Shown here: piece after piece, positions 1-11,055 of the stretch
How positions within the stretch are numbered: the stretch's first letter is position 1
Layout of the letters: each line of letters starts with the position of its first letter
Assembly (NCBI GenBank): GCA_944372195.1
Contig: CALVYK010000004.1
Span: 9,342 to 73,341, forward strand
DNA: 64,000 bases
Direction of reading: 5' to 3'
Origin: an uncultured Bacilli bacterium
GTDB lineage: Bacteria > Bacillota_I > Bacilli_A > RF39 > UBA660
Notes under the pieces: generated by a model
What the model was told of the DNA's origin: nothing
The model's input: the letters and a program-made list of their open reading frames with translations, nothing else
Database searches by the model: none
Translations under genes and position numbers: made by a program

Positions 1-2
1 TA

Positions 3-137
3 AAAAATATTATAGATAATACAAATTATTCTCAAAATATGAAAAATTTTATAAAAAAGATAAACAATTCTACACAAAATAGTAAAAGATTAATCGTCGG
101 ATTTAACGATGATACATATGCTACTTTGTTATTTTAA
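3..137 (+). CDS. 3' end of a gene running in from the left edge (hypothetical, possibly pilin-cluster protein)
   Basis: Open frame KNIIDNTNYSQNMKNF...RLIVGFNDDTYATLLF ending TAA at 135-137. Confidence 0.55.
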   Translation, partial: KNIIDNTNYSQNMKNFIKKINNSTQNSKRLIVGFNDDTYATLLF

Positions 138-287
138 TTAAACTTACCTTAATATTGGCAATATTATTAATTTGTTGAATTTAGAACTTTATTCTTATAT
201 ATTAAGTTTATATTAAGATTAAAAAATAATTATGATTTATAAAGTCTGTGTGATTAATATCTGACTTTATTATGGGAGGAGTAATTT

Positions 288-809
288 ATGAAAAAAGGAT
301 TTACAACGGTAGAATTGATTGTTTCTTTTTCTTTAACAATGGTTATAGTAGTATTTTTGTTTCAAATAGTTATTGATCTAAAAAAAATATATGATGTTGA
401 TTTGTTAAAAACAGAGTTACTTAATAAGCAATCTATTATTAGTGATAAAATCAATAGTAGTTTTAATGAAAAACAGCTTATTGACATATCAAATTGTGGG
501 GAAAATTGTTTAAATTTTATATATAGTGACAATTCAAGTGATATATTGAAAATAGATTATAATGAAAATTCGTTTCAATTTGGTTCATATAAGACCATTT
601 TGCCAGATGATAGTTATATATCTAATCCAAGAATCGAGACTGTTCATTCTGGAACCTTTTATCAATATTCAGATAATTCAATATTATTGATCAATATTCC
701 TATATATAATGATTATTTAAAAAATCAGAATTATGGAATTACAGTTATTTATCGGTACAATTCTAACGAATTTGATTTAAATGTTCCAGAATTTAACGAT
801 TCAAGTTAA
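288..809 (+). CDS. Prepilin-type N-terminal cleavage/methylation domain protein (minor pilin-like)
   Basis: MKKG|FTTVELIVSF class III signal followed by a hydrophobic helix; GGGAGG RBS. Confidence 0.85.
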   Translation: MKKGFTTVELIVSFSLTMVIVVFLFQIVIDLKKIYDVDLLKTELLNKQSIISDKINSSFNEKQLIDISNCGENCLNFIYSDNSSDILKIDYNENSFQFGSYKTILPDDSYISNPRIETVHSGTFYQYSDNSILLINIPIYNDYLKNQNYGITVIYRYNSNEFDLNVPEFNDSS

Positions 810-874
810 AATTTTAACTATCTTTATTGTTATAGAGAATTATTTTAAGTGTGGATAATAGTAGGAGAGATGTT

Positions 875-3800
875 ATGGAAAATATAACAAACAAATTTAA
901 AAAAATATGTGAGCAAAAAGGCTTTACCCTAATAGAATTATTAGGCGTAATAATAATATTAGCCGTAATAGCTTTAATAACATATCCAATAGTAGATAAA
1001 TCAATCCAAAGAAGTAGAGAGAGTGCTTTAGAAAGAACAATCGAAAATATCGAGGGAGCAGCCTATAATTATAGTGTTGAATATGATTTGGGTTATCCAA
1101 GAGAACAACAAATATTAGAATTAAAAGAATTGGCTAACAAGGGTTTTATAAGTGATAAAGAACATATCAATCCAGTAACCAATAATGAATTGGAAGGATG
1201 TGTGTTATATAGATGGAATGAGGCAACTAGTCAATATTATTTTAAATATGCTGAACCATGCGTAAGAACAGAAATCGCACCAACAATGACATTAGTTTAT
1301 GATAAAGAAAATATAAATGAAAATGACTGGCTAAATAAAAATATAATGGTAAATATAAATGGGACAGGCACAAAATATTATTATTGTATAGGAAATACAG
1401 AATGTGAGCCAAACATAGAAGAAAATAAAACAAATGGAACAAAAATAATAATAAATGAAGGAACAAATGTATTGTGTGCCAAAGCAGAAAATGCATATGG
1501 CGAAAGTAAAGTAGTATGTACAGAGGAATTAAATTTAGATAAGACAGCGCCAAATATAGAAGGAATAGGGGATAAAACAGTTCAAAGGAATACGAATGTA
1601 GATTTAATAACAGGAGTAACATATAACGATGCATTATCAGGAATATCAGGCGAATTAATAATCGAGCCAACAATTGTAGATACATCAGTAACTGGAACAA
1701 AAGTAGTAAAATATAAAATAACAGATAAAGCAGGAAATACAAAAGAAGCAACAAGAAATATCATAGTGGATGCCCCAGCGCCAACAATAACATACAATTT
1801 AGTTGATAGCAGTTCAATAAATAGTAACGGTTGGGCAAAGAGTAATTTCTTTGTAAGAGCAACTATTACAGATAATAGTGGAAGTGGAATCAATATTGCC
1901 AAAAGTTGTTCAAGTAATAGTTCGAGTGAATGTACGCCAAGTGCAAGCTTTACATCAACAACAAAAGACTTCTATATTCAAACTGAAGGAAATAATAGAA
2001 TGTGTATCGAAGTAACAGATAATAATAATAAGACATCAAAAGTATGTAGTGATACATATAAACTAGATAAGACATTACCAACGATTTCAGGCTTAACAAC
2101 ACAAACAGTTCAAAGACATTCAAGTGTAGACTTAAAGACAGGAGTAACATATAACGATGCGTTATCAGGAATCTCAGGCGAATTAATAATTGAGCCAGCA
2201 AGTGTAGATACATCAGTAACAGGAACAAAGACAGTAAAATATAAAGTAACAGATAAAGCAGGAAATACAAAGGAAGCAACAAGAAGTATTATCGTAGATG
2301 CTCCATCACCAACGATAACATATACTTTAGCAGATAGTAATTCTATAAATGGTAATGGCTGGGCAAAGAGTGATTTCTTTGTAAGAGCGACGATTACAGA
2401 TAATAGTGGAAGTGGAATAAAATCGACTAAAAGTTGTTCAAGTAATAGTTCTAACGAATGTACACCAAGTGCAAGCTTTACTGGTACAACAAAAGACTTT
2501 TATATTCAAGCTGAAGGAGACAATAAATTATGTATCGAAGTAACCGATAATAATAATAAGACATCAAAGATTTGTAGTGATACGTATAAACTAGATAAGA
2601 CATTGCCAACGATTTCAGGATTAACCACACAAACAGTACAAAGACATGCAAGTGTGGATTTAAAGACAGGAGTAACATATAACGATGCGTTATCAGGAAT
2701 CTCAGGCGAATTGATAATTGAGCCATCAGTTTTAGATACATCGGTAGCAGGAACAAAGACAGTAAAATACAAAATAAGAGATAAAGCAGGAAATACAAAA
2801 GAAGCAACAAGAAGTATTATAGTAGATGCCCCAGCGCCAACAATAACATACAATTTAGTAAATAGTAGTTCTGTAAATAGCAACGGTTGGGCAAAGAGTA
2901 ATTTCTTTGTAAGAGCGACAATCACAGATAATAGTGGAACTGGAATAAAGACAGCTAAAAACTGTTCAACTAATAGTTCCAATGAATGTACACCAAGCGC
3001 AAGTTTTACAGGAACAACTAAGGAATTCTCTATTCAAACAGAAGGAGATAATAAATTGTGTATCGAAGTAACGGATAATAATAATAAAACATCAAAAGTA
3101 TGTAGTGATACATACAAACTAGATAAGACATTACCAAACATAGCTGGAGTAGCTGATAAGACAGTACAAAGAAATACAACAGTAGACTTGAAAGCAGGAG
3201 TAACATATAGTGATGCATTATCAGGAATCTCAGGAGAATTGATAATCGAGCCAGCAAGTGTAGATACATCAGTAACTGGAACAAAGACAGTAAAATATAA
3301 AGTAACAGATAAAGCAGGAAATACAAGAGAAGTTACAAGAAATATTATTGTCGATGCAGCTGCACCAACAATAACATATAAATTAGTTGATAGTAGTTCT
3401 GTAAATAGTAATGGTTGGGCAAAGAGTAATTTCTTTGTAAGAGCGACGATTACAGATAATAGTGGAAGCGGAATCAAGACTGCAAAAAGTTGTTCAAGTA
3501 ATAGTTCAAGTGAATGTACGCCAGTAGCAAGCTTTACCGGAACAACCAAAGATTTCTATATAGAAGTAGAAGGAAATAATAGGTTATGTATCGAAGTAGC
3601 CGATAATAATAATAAGACATCAAAGATTTGTAGTGATACTTACAAATTAGATAAGACAGCACCAACAGCCGGAACTGCAACATTTACAGGAACATTAGGA
3701 AGTAATAGTTGGTATACAAGTAATGTAACAGTAAATAAAGTAAATGGAAGTGATAGTTTATCAGGACATTCAAGTACAACAAGTAATATAAGCAGTATAA

Positions 3801-5404
3801 CATCAAATACAAGTGGAACAAAAGTAACAATAACAACAACAGATTTAGCCGGAAATAGTTCAACTAGAAATTATACAATAAAGATTGATAAAAATAGTCC
3901 AACGATAACAGCAAAAAGTGGAACAGTAAGTATCACAGAGGGTGATAGCAATGCAACAAGTAATTACTTTACGGTAAGTTATGGAATAAGTGGCGGAAGT
4001 TTAAGTTGTAGTCCAACTAATACAAGCAGTTTATCACCAGGAACAAGAACAGTTACATGTACAGCAACTGGAGGTAATGGCAAGAAATCAACTGCTACAA
4101 AACAAATTGAAGTTAAACCAAAAACATTAATTTCGGCGTTACTACAACAATATAATCCAAATAATACAACAGGTTTGGTTAAAGATGAAACCAATGAAAA
4201 TTTGTATTATTATACTGGCAACAACGAACAGGTAAATAGCAATTTCCTATGGTATGGTGGGCATCAATGGCGAATAATGGAATTTGATACAAGTGCAAAA
4301 ACATTAACTTTAATAACACAACAGCCATTGACAGCAATCCAACCATCTAGCGTAGTATGGGCAACGAAACAACAATATGAATCAAGCTATGTAAACACAT
4401 GGCTAAACGAGTATTTTTGGAATAGTTTAGATAGTAGTATTAAAAATAATATATTAAATAATACATTTAATGTAGGAATATATACCAATGTTAGTGAGAT
4501 AACAACAACACAAAAAGTTGGTTTATTAGATGAAGCACAATATGTAAGAGCAGGATATAGTAATTCTTATTTAAATATTAAGGACGATTGGTGGTTAGGA
4601 AACAGATATAGTTCGACACATATGGGGTATATTACAAGTGCAGGAGTAATTTATAATGATTATACTACGACCGCTGCAGGAATACGTGTAGTTATTAAAA
4701 TTTCTAATATTGACATTGTTGAAGGAAATGGTACACTTAAAGATAGTTATCGTGGCAATAGTGATACTACGAGTACATCTGACGTACAAGTTGGAGAATA
4801 TATAAATGTTCCTTACAGTGGAAGCGATGGTGCTTGCGGAAATGATAATATTTGTACATTTAGAGTTGTAAGTAAGGATAATGATAGCATTAAGGTAATA
4901 TTGAATGGCCTAATTTCAAAAACAAGTTCATATGGCACTTCTACCAAAATAAATACTTATAGTACAATATATACTGTTTTAAATCAATATGCTCAGCAAA
5001 TAAGTTCCACATATCGATATACAAATAATAAAGTATTTAATATAGGAAGCTATGTAAGTTATATTCCAAATTCAACAACAAATTACAAAGATGTTGCTAA
5101 TGAGCAACTTTCAGCTAATGTTGGATTACCAACAATTGGGGAAATGTTTAGTGGTAATGATGTAGATTTAGTAACAGGAAATTTTGTTGATCCTGATACA
5201 GTAGAGAATTTTAGCTTAAGTAGTGCATTTTGGACGATGAATAGATATGATTCATCTAGTGTAAGGTATGTTAATGGTCTTGGATCTTTATATTATCTTC
5301 CACCAAATAATTTATATGGTGTGCGTCCTGTAATCTTTTTAAAGAATAATTTGAAATTTACTGGTGGTGAAGGAACTGCGCAAAATCCTTATACGTTACA
5401 ATAA
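875..5404 (+). CDS. Giant type IV pilin-like surface protein: prepilin N-terminus, Ig-like (DUF5011-type) repeats, two C-terminal DUF6273-like modules
   Basis: KG|FTLIELLGVIIILAVIALI; ATG at 875 follows AGGAGA; 176-aa repeats; C-terminal WW/FW...G(I/V)R(V/P)VI motifs. Confidence 0.85.
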   Translation: MENITNKFKKICEQKGFTLIELLGVIIILAVIALITYPIVDKSIQRSRESALERTIENIEGAAYNYSVEYDLGYPREQQILELKELANKGFISDKEHINPVTNNELEGCVLYRWNEATSQYYFKYAEPCVRTEIAPTMTLVYDKENINENDWLNKNIMVNINGTGTKYYYCIGNTECEPNIEENKTNGTKIIINEGTNVLCAKAENAYGESKVVCTEELNLDKTAPNIEGIGDKTVQRNTNVDLITGVTYNDALSGISGELIIEPTIVDTSVTGTKVVKYKITDKAGNTKEATRNIIVDAPAPTITYNLVDSSSINSNGWAKSNFFVRATITDNSGSGINIAKSCSSNSSSECTPSASFTSTTKDFYIQTEGNNRMCIEVTDNNNKTSKVCSDTYKLDKTLPTISGLTTQTVQRHSSVDLKTGVTYNDALSGISGELIIEPASVDTSVTGTKTVKYKVTDKAGNTKEATRSIIVDAPSPTITYTLADSNSINGNGWAKSDFFVRATITDNSGSGIKSTKSCSSNSSNECTPSASFTGTTKDFYIQAEGDNKLCIEVTDNNNKTSKICSDTYKLDKTLPTISGLTTQTVQRHASVDLKTGVTYNDALSGISGELIIEPSVLDTSVAGTKTVKYKIRDKAGNTKEATRSIIVDAPAPTITYNLVNSSSVNSNGWAKSNFFVRATITDNSGTGIKTAKNCSTNSSNECTPSASFTGTTKEFSIQTEGDNKLCIEVTDNNNKTSKVCSDTYKLDKTLPNIAGVADKTVQRNTTVDLKAGVTYSDALSGISGELIIEPASVDTSVTGTKTVKYKVTDKAGNTREVTRNIIVDAAAPTITYKLVDSSSVNSNGWAKSNFFVRATITDNSGSGIKTAKSCSSNSSSECTPVASFTGTTKDFYIEVEGNNRLCIEVADNNNKTSKICSDTYKLDKTAPTAGTATFTGTLGSNSWYTSNVTVNKVNGSDSLSGHSSTTSNISSITSNTSGTKVTITTTDLAGNSSTRNYTIKIDKNSPTITAKSGTVSITEGDSNATSNYFTVSYGISGGSLSCSPTNTSSLSPGTRTVTCTATGGNGKKSTATKQIEVKPKTLISALLQQYNPNNTTGLVKDETNENLYYYTGNNEQVNSNFLWYGGHQWRIMEFDTSAKTLTLITQQPLTAIQPSSVVWATKQQYESSYVNTWLNEYFWNSLDSSIKNNILNNTFNVGIYTNVSEITTTQKVGLLDEAQYVRAGYSNSYLNIKDDWWLGNRYSSTHMGYITSAGVIYNDYTTTAAGIRVVIKISNIDIVEGNGTLKDSYRGNSDTTSTSDVQVGEYINVPYSGSDGACGNDNICTFRVVSKDNDSIKVILNGLISKTSSYGTSTKINTYSTIYTVLNQYAQQISSTYRYTNNKVFNIGSYVSYIPNSTTNYKDVANEQLSANVGLPTIGEMFSGNDVDLVTGNFVDPDTVENFSLSSAFWTMNRYDSSSVRYVNGLGSLYYLPPNNLYGVRPVIFLKNNLKFTGGEGTAQNPYTLQ
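1535..3646 (+). repeat. Four tandem 528-bp (176-aa) intragenic repeats
   Basis: LDKT codons (ttagataagac/ctagataagac) recur at 1535, 2063, 2591, 3119 and 3647. Confidence 0.95.
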
Positions 5405-5504
5405 ACAAATAACATAGTTAATTAAAATTTTATAAAATAGTATTTATAGAAAAACAAAATTCCATGTTTGTTAAACACAAAATATATTCGTAACTATTTC
5501 GTCG

Positions 5505-5568
5505 TGCATAACTAATTATTTAATTCCATAATTTTGATTATTCAAAGTTATGGAATTAATGTTATGCA
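5505..5568. terminator. Long inverted repeat between convergent genes, probable bidirectional terminator
   Basis: TGCATAAC..TTAATTCCATAATTTTGA-ttat-TCAAAGTTATGGAATTAA..GTTATGCA. Confidence 0.55.
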
Positions 5569-5593
5569 TGTGTAATATTTATAATAGTTAAAT

Positions 5594-6562
5594 TTAATAA
5601 AATAACAGTATAATAGTTAAACAAATAATTACCGAAATAATTAAATGAATTATTCTAGCTAATAAAAAAGGTTTATATTTAATTTTGGTATCACTGATAA
5701 TGCTTAATGTTTGAGTATGAACAGATAACCCACCAAATGATATTATCATGCATATTATAATTGCTTTATAAGTTTTTGGAATGTTTAATAAACTAGCGTG
5801 TTTTAATCCTTGTGTCATTTCCAAAAAACCACTTATAAATGTCTTGTTTAATAAAGATAAATGGAAGTTATTATCTATAATTGTTGTTATAATTAAAAAT
5901 GTTGTAATTACTCCTAGTATCAATAATAATGTATTTATTGTATTTATAATTGAATTTGTGATAATAATTCCAAATCTTTTATTATTATTAATTCTTTTAT
6001 TGTGCATACTTAAAATAGCTTTTTTAAAGGAAAATTTGTCATTTGTAACTTTGCTTGGGCAATAATTTCTAAATATTAATCCAATAATGATATTAGTTAT
6101 ATAATGTGAGAACATGACAATTAGGCCTAATTTTTTATCTTTTAAAAATGTAATAGAAATTGTACCTAAAATAAATAGTGGATTTGAGAAATGTGAGAAC
6201 ATTAGAATTTTAGATGCTTCATTTTCATTTAGTTTATTTTGTAAATATAATTCTTTTGTATATTTTGCATTGCTTGGAAATCCGGATAACATACTCATTA
6301 TAAAGACAAAAGAAGCATTACCATTTATTTTAAATAATTTTTCAAATATTGGTTTAAATAGTTCACCAACCAATTCTATGAAACCATAATTTATTAATAT
6401 TTCTGATAACACAAAAAAAGGAAATAATGAAGGAAAAACATTATTTATCCATATATTAAATGAATATGATACTGCATTCATTATTGTTTCTGATTCACTT
6501 AATATTTCATAACCACAAATTATCAGACATATTATTATTAATATACTAGTTAACTTATTCAT
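5594..6562 (-). CDS. ylbJ: Sporulation integral membrane protein YlbJ
   Basis: VFPSLFPFF, SGFP, SNPLFILGTI, GFLEMTQG and SFGGLSVHTQ motifs; divergent from a ylbL-like gene. Confidence 0.85.
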   Translation of the reverse strand: MNKLTSILIIICLIICGYEILSESETIMNAVSYSFNIWINNVFPSLFPFFVLSEILINYGFIELVGELFKPIFEKLFKINGNASFVFIMSMLSGFPSNAKYTKELYLQNKLNENEASKILMFSHFSNPLFILGTISITFLKDKKLGLIVMFSHYITNIIIGLIFRNYCPSKVTNDKFSFKKAILSMHNKRINNNKRFGIIITNSIINTINTLLLILGVITTFLIITTIIDNNFHLSLLNKTFISGFLEMTQGLKHASLLNIPKTYKAIIICMIISFGGLSVHTQTLSIISDTKIKYKPFLLARIIHLIISVIICLTIILLFY

Positions 6563-6593
6563 TCAATCACTCATTTTCTAAAGGAGGAACATA

Positions 6594-7607
6594 ATGTTTA
6601 ATAAAATATATGATAAAATATATAAATTTATAAAACAAAATTATATTTATTTAATAATTTTAGTAATTGCTGGTTTTCTTTTCCATTTTCCTTTACCTTA
6701 CTATATTGATGCTTCAGGCGGATTAATAAATGTGTCTGAAAGATTGGAGGTAGAAGATGGTTATTCGATTAATGGCTCTTTAAATTTAGCATATATTTCC
6801 GAATTTAAAGCTAATATACCTATTTTAATATATGCTTATTTTAATAAAGATTGGGAAATTGTAAAAAAAGAAGATGTCGTCGCTTCTAATGAAACTATAG
6901 AAGAAAATGATTATCGTAATCATTTATTATTAGAGGAGGCTAATCAAAATGCAATAATGGTTGCATTTGATAAGGCTAATTTGGAATATGAAGTTAAAAA
7001 TAGGGTAGTAAATATTATTTATATATATGAAAATTCAGATACGGATTTAAAAATAGGTGATCAAATTATTGAAGTAAATGGAGTTAGAGTAAATAGTAAA
7101 GAGGAAGTTTTAAACGAGATAAATAAATCTAATAATATTATTTTTAAGGTTATAAATAATGGAATTGAATATGAAAGATATGCTAACAAAGTTGATATTG
7201 ACGGAGAAAATTTAATTGGAATAATGGTGTGTGAGACTAAAGAAGTAATACCGTCCAAAAAAGTTAGTATTAATTTTGAAAAATCTGAATCAGGACCTTC
7301 TGGCGGTTTTATGATGGCTTTATCTATATATGATCTTTTGACAAAAGAAGATTTAACAAAAGGATTAAAAATAGTTGGAACAGGAACTATTGATGAATAT
7401 GGTAATGTAGGAGTAATTGGTGGCGTTGAACATAAAATAAAGGCTGCCGTTAAAGAAAAAGCTGATATATTTTTTGTGCCAACAGGAAATTATGATGAAG
7501 CAAAAAAGACGGTTTTAGAAGAAAATTTAGACACAGAATTAGTTGAAGTAAAACATATTGATGATGCAATAAATTATTTAAGACAATTAGAAAATATTGA
7601 CAAATAA
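6594..7607 (+). CDS. ylbL: YlbL/SepM-like PDZ and Lon-type protease
   Basis: N-terminal TM helix, PDZ (LKIGDQIIEVNG), GPSGG Lon serine motif, GTGTID..VG.IGG..K. Confidence 0.8.
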   Translation: MFNKIYDKIYKFIKQNYIYLIILVIAGFLFHFPLPYYIDASGGLINVSERLEVEDGYSINGSLNLAYISEFKANIPILIYAYFNKDWEIVKKEDVVASNETIEENDYRNHLLLEEANQNAIMVAFDKANLEYEVKNRVVNIIYIYENSDTDLKIGDQIIEVNGVRVNSKEEVLNEINKSNNIIFKVINNGIEYERYANKVDIDGENLIGIMVCETKEVIPSKKVSINFEKSESGPSGGFMMALSIYDLLTKEDLTKGLKIVGTGTIDEYGNVGVIGGVEHKIKAAVKEKADIFFVPTGNYDEAKKTVLEENLDTELVEVKHIDDAINYLRQLENIDK

Positions 7608-7654
7608 TTATTTTAAATGTAAAATATATAGCACATTTGGAAAAGAGGAATTTT

Positions 7655-8335
7655 ATGGATAAATATCTTATGTTAATAAATCAATTGGAAAAAAAAATAT
7701 CAAGTTTAGAAAACAAATTAAAAAACATCCAAAGTGATGTCTTAGAAAAAAAACAATTAGTTGTAAGTTTAAAATCAAAAAATACTATAGATGATAATAG
7801 AATTTCAGTTAACAATTCAAAAATTAATTATAAAAATGATATCAAAAATCATTATAAAAAGATTTTAAAAAATTTCATGATTACATTTTTAATACTATTT
7901 TCATTAACTGCAATTATTTTAGCTTTACCAAATTTAGTAACTGGCACATTAACAGGTCTTGCTGTTAAATTGATTGCATCTTTTGGAGTTTGGGCAAGTT
8001 TAGTTGGAGGTACTTATATCGGTGTTAAAAATAGTGAAAAAAAATATTTCGATAGTATTGATTTTGAAAGCTTGACTAAAGATAATAAAGATTTAAATAC
8101 TAATATAAACTTAAGAAATATGGAAATTAAAACATTAACTAAAAAAATAGAACAATTAGAAAATTTATTAGATAGAATACAAAACATTATTAAAGAAAAA
8201 CGTACTGAATTAAGTGAAATTGAATCTAAACGTAGAACAATTGTTAATGATATTTTAAGCGAACTAGTTGAACAAAGAATTGCTGAAACAGAACATCTAA
8301 GTGAAAAACCTAAACAAATGATAATAAATAAATGA
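7655..8335 (+). CDS. Hypothetical coiled-coil protein with two TM helices
   Basis: Long ORF, GAGG RBS before ATG 7655, central hydrophobic hairpin. Confidence 0.7.
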   Translation: MDKYLMLINQLEKKISSLENKLKNIQSDVLEKKQLVVSLKSKNTIDDNRISVNNSKINYKNDIKNHYKKILKNFMITFLILFSLTAIILALPNLVTGTLTGLAVKLIASFGVWASLVGGTYIGVKNSEKKYFDSIDFESLTKDNKDLNTNINLRNMEIKTLTKKIEQLENLLDRIQNIIKEKRTELSEIESKRRTIVNDILSELVEQRIAETEHLSEKPKQMIINK

Positions 8336-8403
8336 ATTTTATAAAGCATAAAATGCTTTTTTTTCTTGTTATTTTTTGGTAAAATATTAAATGTGGTGAT
8401 TAT

Positions 8404-10935
8404 ATGACATTAGATAGTGTAGATATAAATAAAGTAACGCCGATGATGAGGCAATATATAGAAACTAAAAAGCAAAATAAAGATATTATTTTATTTTATC
8501 GATTGGGAGATTTTTATGAAATGTTTTTTGAGGATGCAATCACAGCTTCTCATGAACTAGAACTTACTTTAACTGGTAAATCAGCTGGTTTAGAAGAAAG
8601 AATACCGATGTGTGGTGTCCCTTTTCATTCGGCTAATATCTATATAGATAAATTAGTAGCTAAAGGTTATAAAGTTGGTATTTGTGAACAATTAGAAGAT
8701 CCTAAAAATGCTAAAGGTATTGTTAAAAGAGGAATGGTTCAAATTGTAAGTAGTGGTACTTTATTTAATGAATCTTTAAACGAAAAAGAAAATAATTATA
8801 TTGGAGCAATTATTGATTTTAATTATGAATATGCTGTCAGTTATGGAGATATAACGACTGGTTCAATTTATACTTTTTTATTAGAACATAATCCTTCTAA
8901 ATTAGTAAGTGAAATAGTAAGTATTGGAATTAAAGAAGTGGTTGTTAGTGAGTCTTTCAATAAAGATATTTACTCATTATTTAAAAATAACTTTAAAATA
9001 ACTGTTTCTTTATTTGATAAAAAGACAGATTTAATCAAATATGATTATATTTATGAAGATATATCAGATGCAAGATTAGTTGAAGTAATAAAATATTTAT
9101 TAAGTTATATTGATTATACTCAGTTTAGAGATTTATCTCACTTACAAAAAGCTATTTTAAGAGAAACTAAAAATTATTTAAAAATGGACATTCATACTAA
9201 ACGTAATTTAGAACTAACTGAAACTTTAAGATTAAAACAAAGAAATCATTCTTTAATTTGGTTATTAGATAAAACTAAAACAGCAATGGGTTCAAGATTA
9301 CTTAAAAATTTTATTGAAAATCCATTAATTGATAAAAAAGAAATTGAAAAAAGATACGATTGTATTGAAAAATTATTAGAAGAATTTATTTTAACTAATG
9401 ATTTGGAAAAATATTTATTAGAAGTATATGATTTAGAAAGATTATCGGGTCGTATTGCTTTTGGCTCAGCTAATGCAAGAGACATGTTACAACTTAAAAA
9501 CTCATTAAAAGTTTTACCTAATATTAAAGATATATTAACTAAAATTGATTTTTATAAAAATATTGAAGATTTAAATGATTTATATGAATTATTAGATAGA
9601 AGTATTTATGAAAATCCACCTATGACTATTAAAGAAGGATATATAATTAAAGAAGGATATAATAGTGAATTGGATGAATTAAAAGATTTAAGAAAAGGTG
9701 GAAAAGATTTTGTTGCTAAGTTTGAAAATGAAGAACGAGAAAGAACAGGCATTAAAAATCTAAAGGTTGGTTACAATAAAGTATTTGGTTACTATATTGA
9801 AATATCTAAAGGAAATATAAACTTAGTAAAAGATGAATATGGTTACGAAAGAAAACAAACTTTATCTAATTGTGAAAGATATATAAGTCCAATTTTAAAA
9901 GAAAAAGAAAACTTAATATTAAATGCGGAAGAAAAGATTATCGATTTAGAATATCAATTGTTTGTTGAAATAAGAGATAAAGTTAAAGAATATATTCCAA
10001 GATTACAAGAAATTTCTAAAGTAATTAGTGAAATAGATTGCCTACAATCATTTGCTAATGTTTCATCTTGCAATAATTATGTAAGGCCTAAATTAGTTGA
10101 TGAAAGAGTTATCAAATTAATTGATGATCGGCATCCTGTAGTTGAACAAGTAATTGATTCTGAATATGTTCCAAATGATATTATTATGGATGAAAACACT
10201 AATATTTTATTGATTACAGGACCTAATATGGCTGGTAAATCAACATACATGCGTCAATTAGCAATAACTGTTATTATGTCTCAAATAGGCTGTTTTGTTC
10301 CTGCCAGTGAAGCTACATTACCAATATTTGATGCTATATTTACTCGTATTGGTGCATCTGATGATTTAGTAAGTGGTGAATCAACATTTATGGTTGAAAT
10401 GAATGAAGCAAATAATGCTATTAGTAATGCAACTTCTAATTCATTAATATTATTTGATGAATTGGGTAGGGGAACAGCAACATTTGATGGTATGGCTTTA
10501 GCTCAATCTATAATTGAATATATACATGATAATATTAAATGTAAAACTTTATTTTCAACTCATTATCACGAATTAACTGATTTAGAAAATAATCTAAAAA
10601 ATCTTAAAAATATTCATGTATCTGCTATTGAAGAAGATGGTAATATTACGTTTTTGCATAAAATTAAAAATGGTAGTATCGATAAAAGTTATGGTATCCA
10701 TGTTGCTAAATTAGCAAATTTACCTGATTCATTAATTAAAAGAGCTAATCAAATATTAAGTGTCTATGAAAATAAAGAGAAAAAAAGAGATGTTATTATT
10801 CAAGAATCTTTACCATTAGATGATTTAATAAAAGAAGAATCAGTTGTAGAAAAAGAACTTAAAAAAATAAATCCTTTAGAAATGACTCCTATTGAAGCAA
10901 TTAACTTTTTATATGAATTAAAGAAAAAGATTTGA
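8404..10935 (+). CDS. mutS: DNA mismatch repair protein MutS
   Basis: TPMMRQY, GDFYEMF, TGPNMAGKSTYMRQ, STFMVEM, DELGRGT, SYGIHVA. Confidence 0.98.
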   Translation: MTLDSVDINKVTPMMRQYIETKKQNKDIILFYRLGDFYEMFFEDAITASHELELTLTGKSAGLEERIPMCGVPFHSANIYIDKLVAKGYKVGICEQLEDPKNAKGIVKRGMVQIVSSGTLFNESLNEKENNYIGAIIDFNYEYAVSYGDITTGSIYTFLLEHNPSKLVSEIVSIGIKEVVVSESFNKDIYSLFKNNFKITVSLFDKKTDLIKYDYIYEDISDARLVEVIKYLLSYIDYTQFRDLSHLQKAILRETKNYLKMDIHTKRNLELTETLRLKQRNHSLIWLLDKTKTAMGSRLLKNFIENPLIDKKEIEKRYDCIEKLLEEFILTNDLEKYLLEVYDLERLSGRIAFGSANARDMLQLKNSLKVLPNIKDILTKIDFYKNIEDLNDLYELLDRSIYENPPMTIKEGYIIKEGYNSELDELKDLRKGGKDFVAKFENEERERTGIKNLKVGYNKVFGYYIEISKGNINLVKDEYGYERKQTLSNCERYISPILKEKENLILNAEEKIIDLEYQLFVEIRDKVKEYIPRLQEISKVISEIDCLQSFANVSSCNNYVRPKLVDERVIKLIDDRHPVVEQVIDSEYVPNDIIMDENTNILLITGPNMAGKSTYMRQLAITVIMSQIGCFVPASEATLPIFDAIFTRIGASDDLVSGESTFMVEMNEANNAISNATSNSLILFDELGRGTATFDGMALAQSIIEYIHDNIKCKTLFSTHYHELTDLENNLKNLKNIHVSAIEEDGNITFLHKIKNGSIDKSYGIHVAKLANLPDSLIKRANQILSVYENKEKKRDVIIQESLPLDDLIKEESVVEKELKKINPLEMTPIEAINFLYELKKKI

Positions 10936-10954
10936 TAAAATTCAAATCTTTTTG
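10925..10954 (+). terminator. Rho-independent terminator after mutS
   Basis: AAAAGATTTGA-taaaat-TCAAATCTTTT. Confidence 0.7.
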
Positions 10955-11055
10955 TTAATTTATTGTTATATGAGTTAATTTATAGTATAATTATATATAG
11001 GGAATATTAACTGTTGGGTACTTGCCGAGTTCTACAAGAAGGAGGCTTGATAATT

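Noticed and set aside
1242-4789. Many minus-strand ORFs over the pilin gene, and similar shadow ORFs elsewhere
   Set aside because: Antisense shadows caused by codon bias; no RBS or motifs
4580-5600. Complete diversity-generating retroelement
   Set aside because: No reverse transcriptase, accessory gene or template repeat seen in the window
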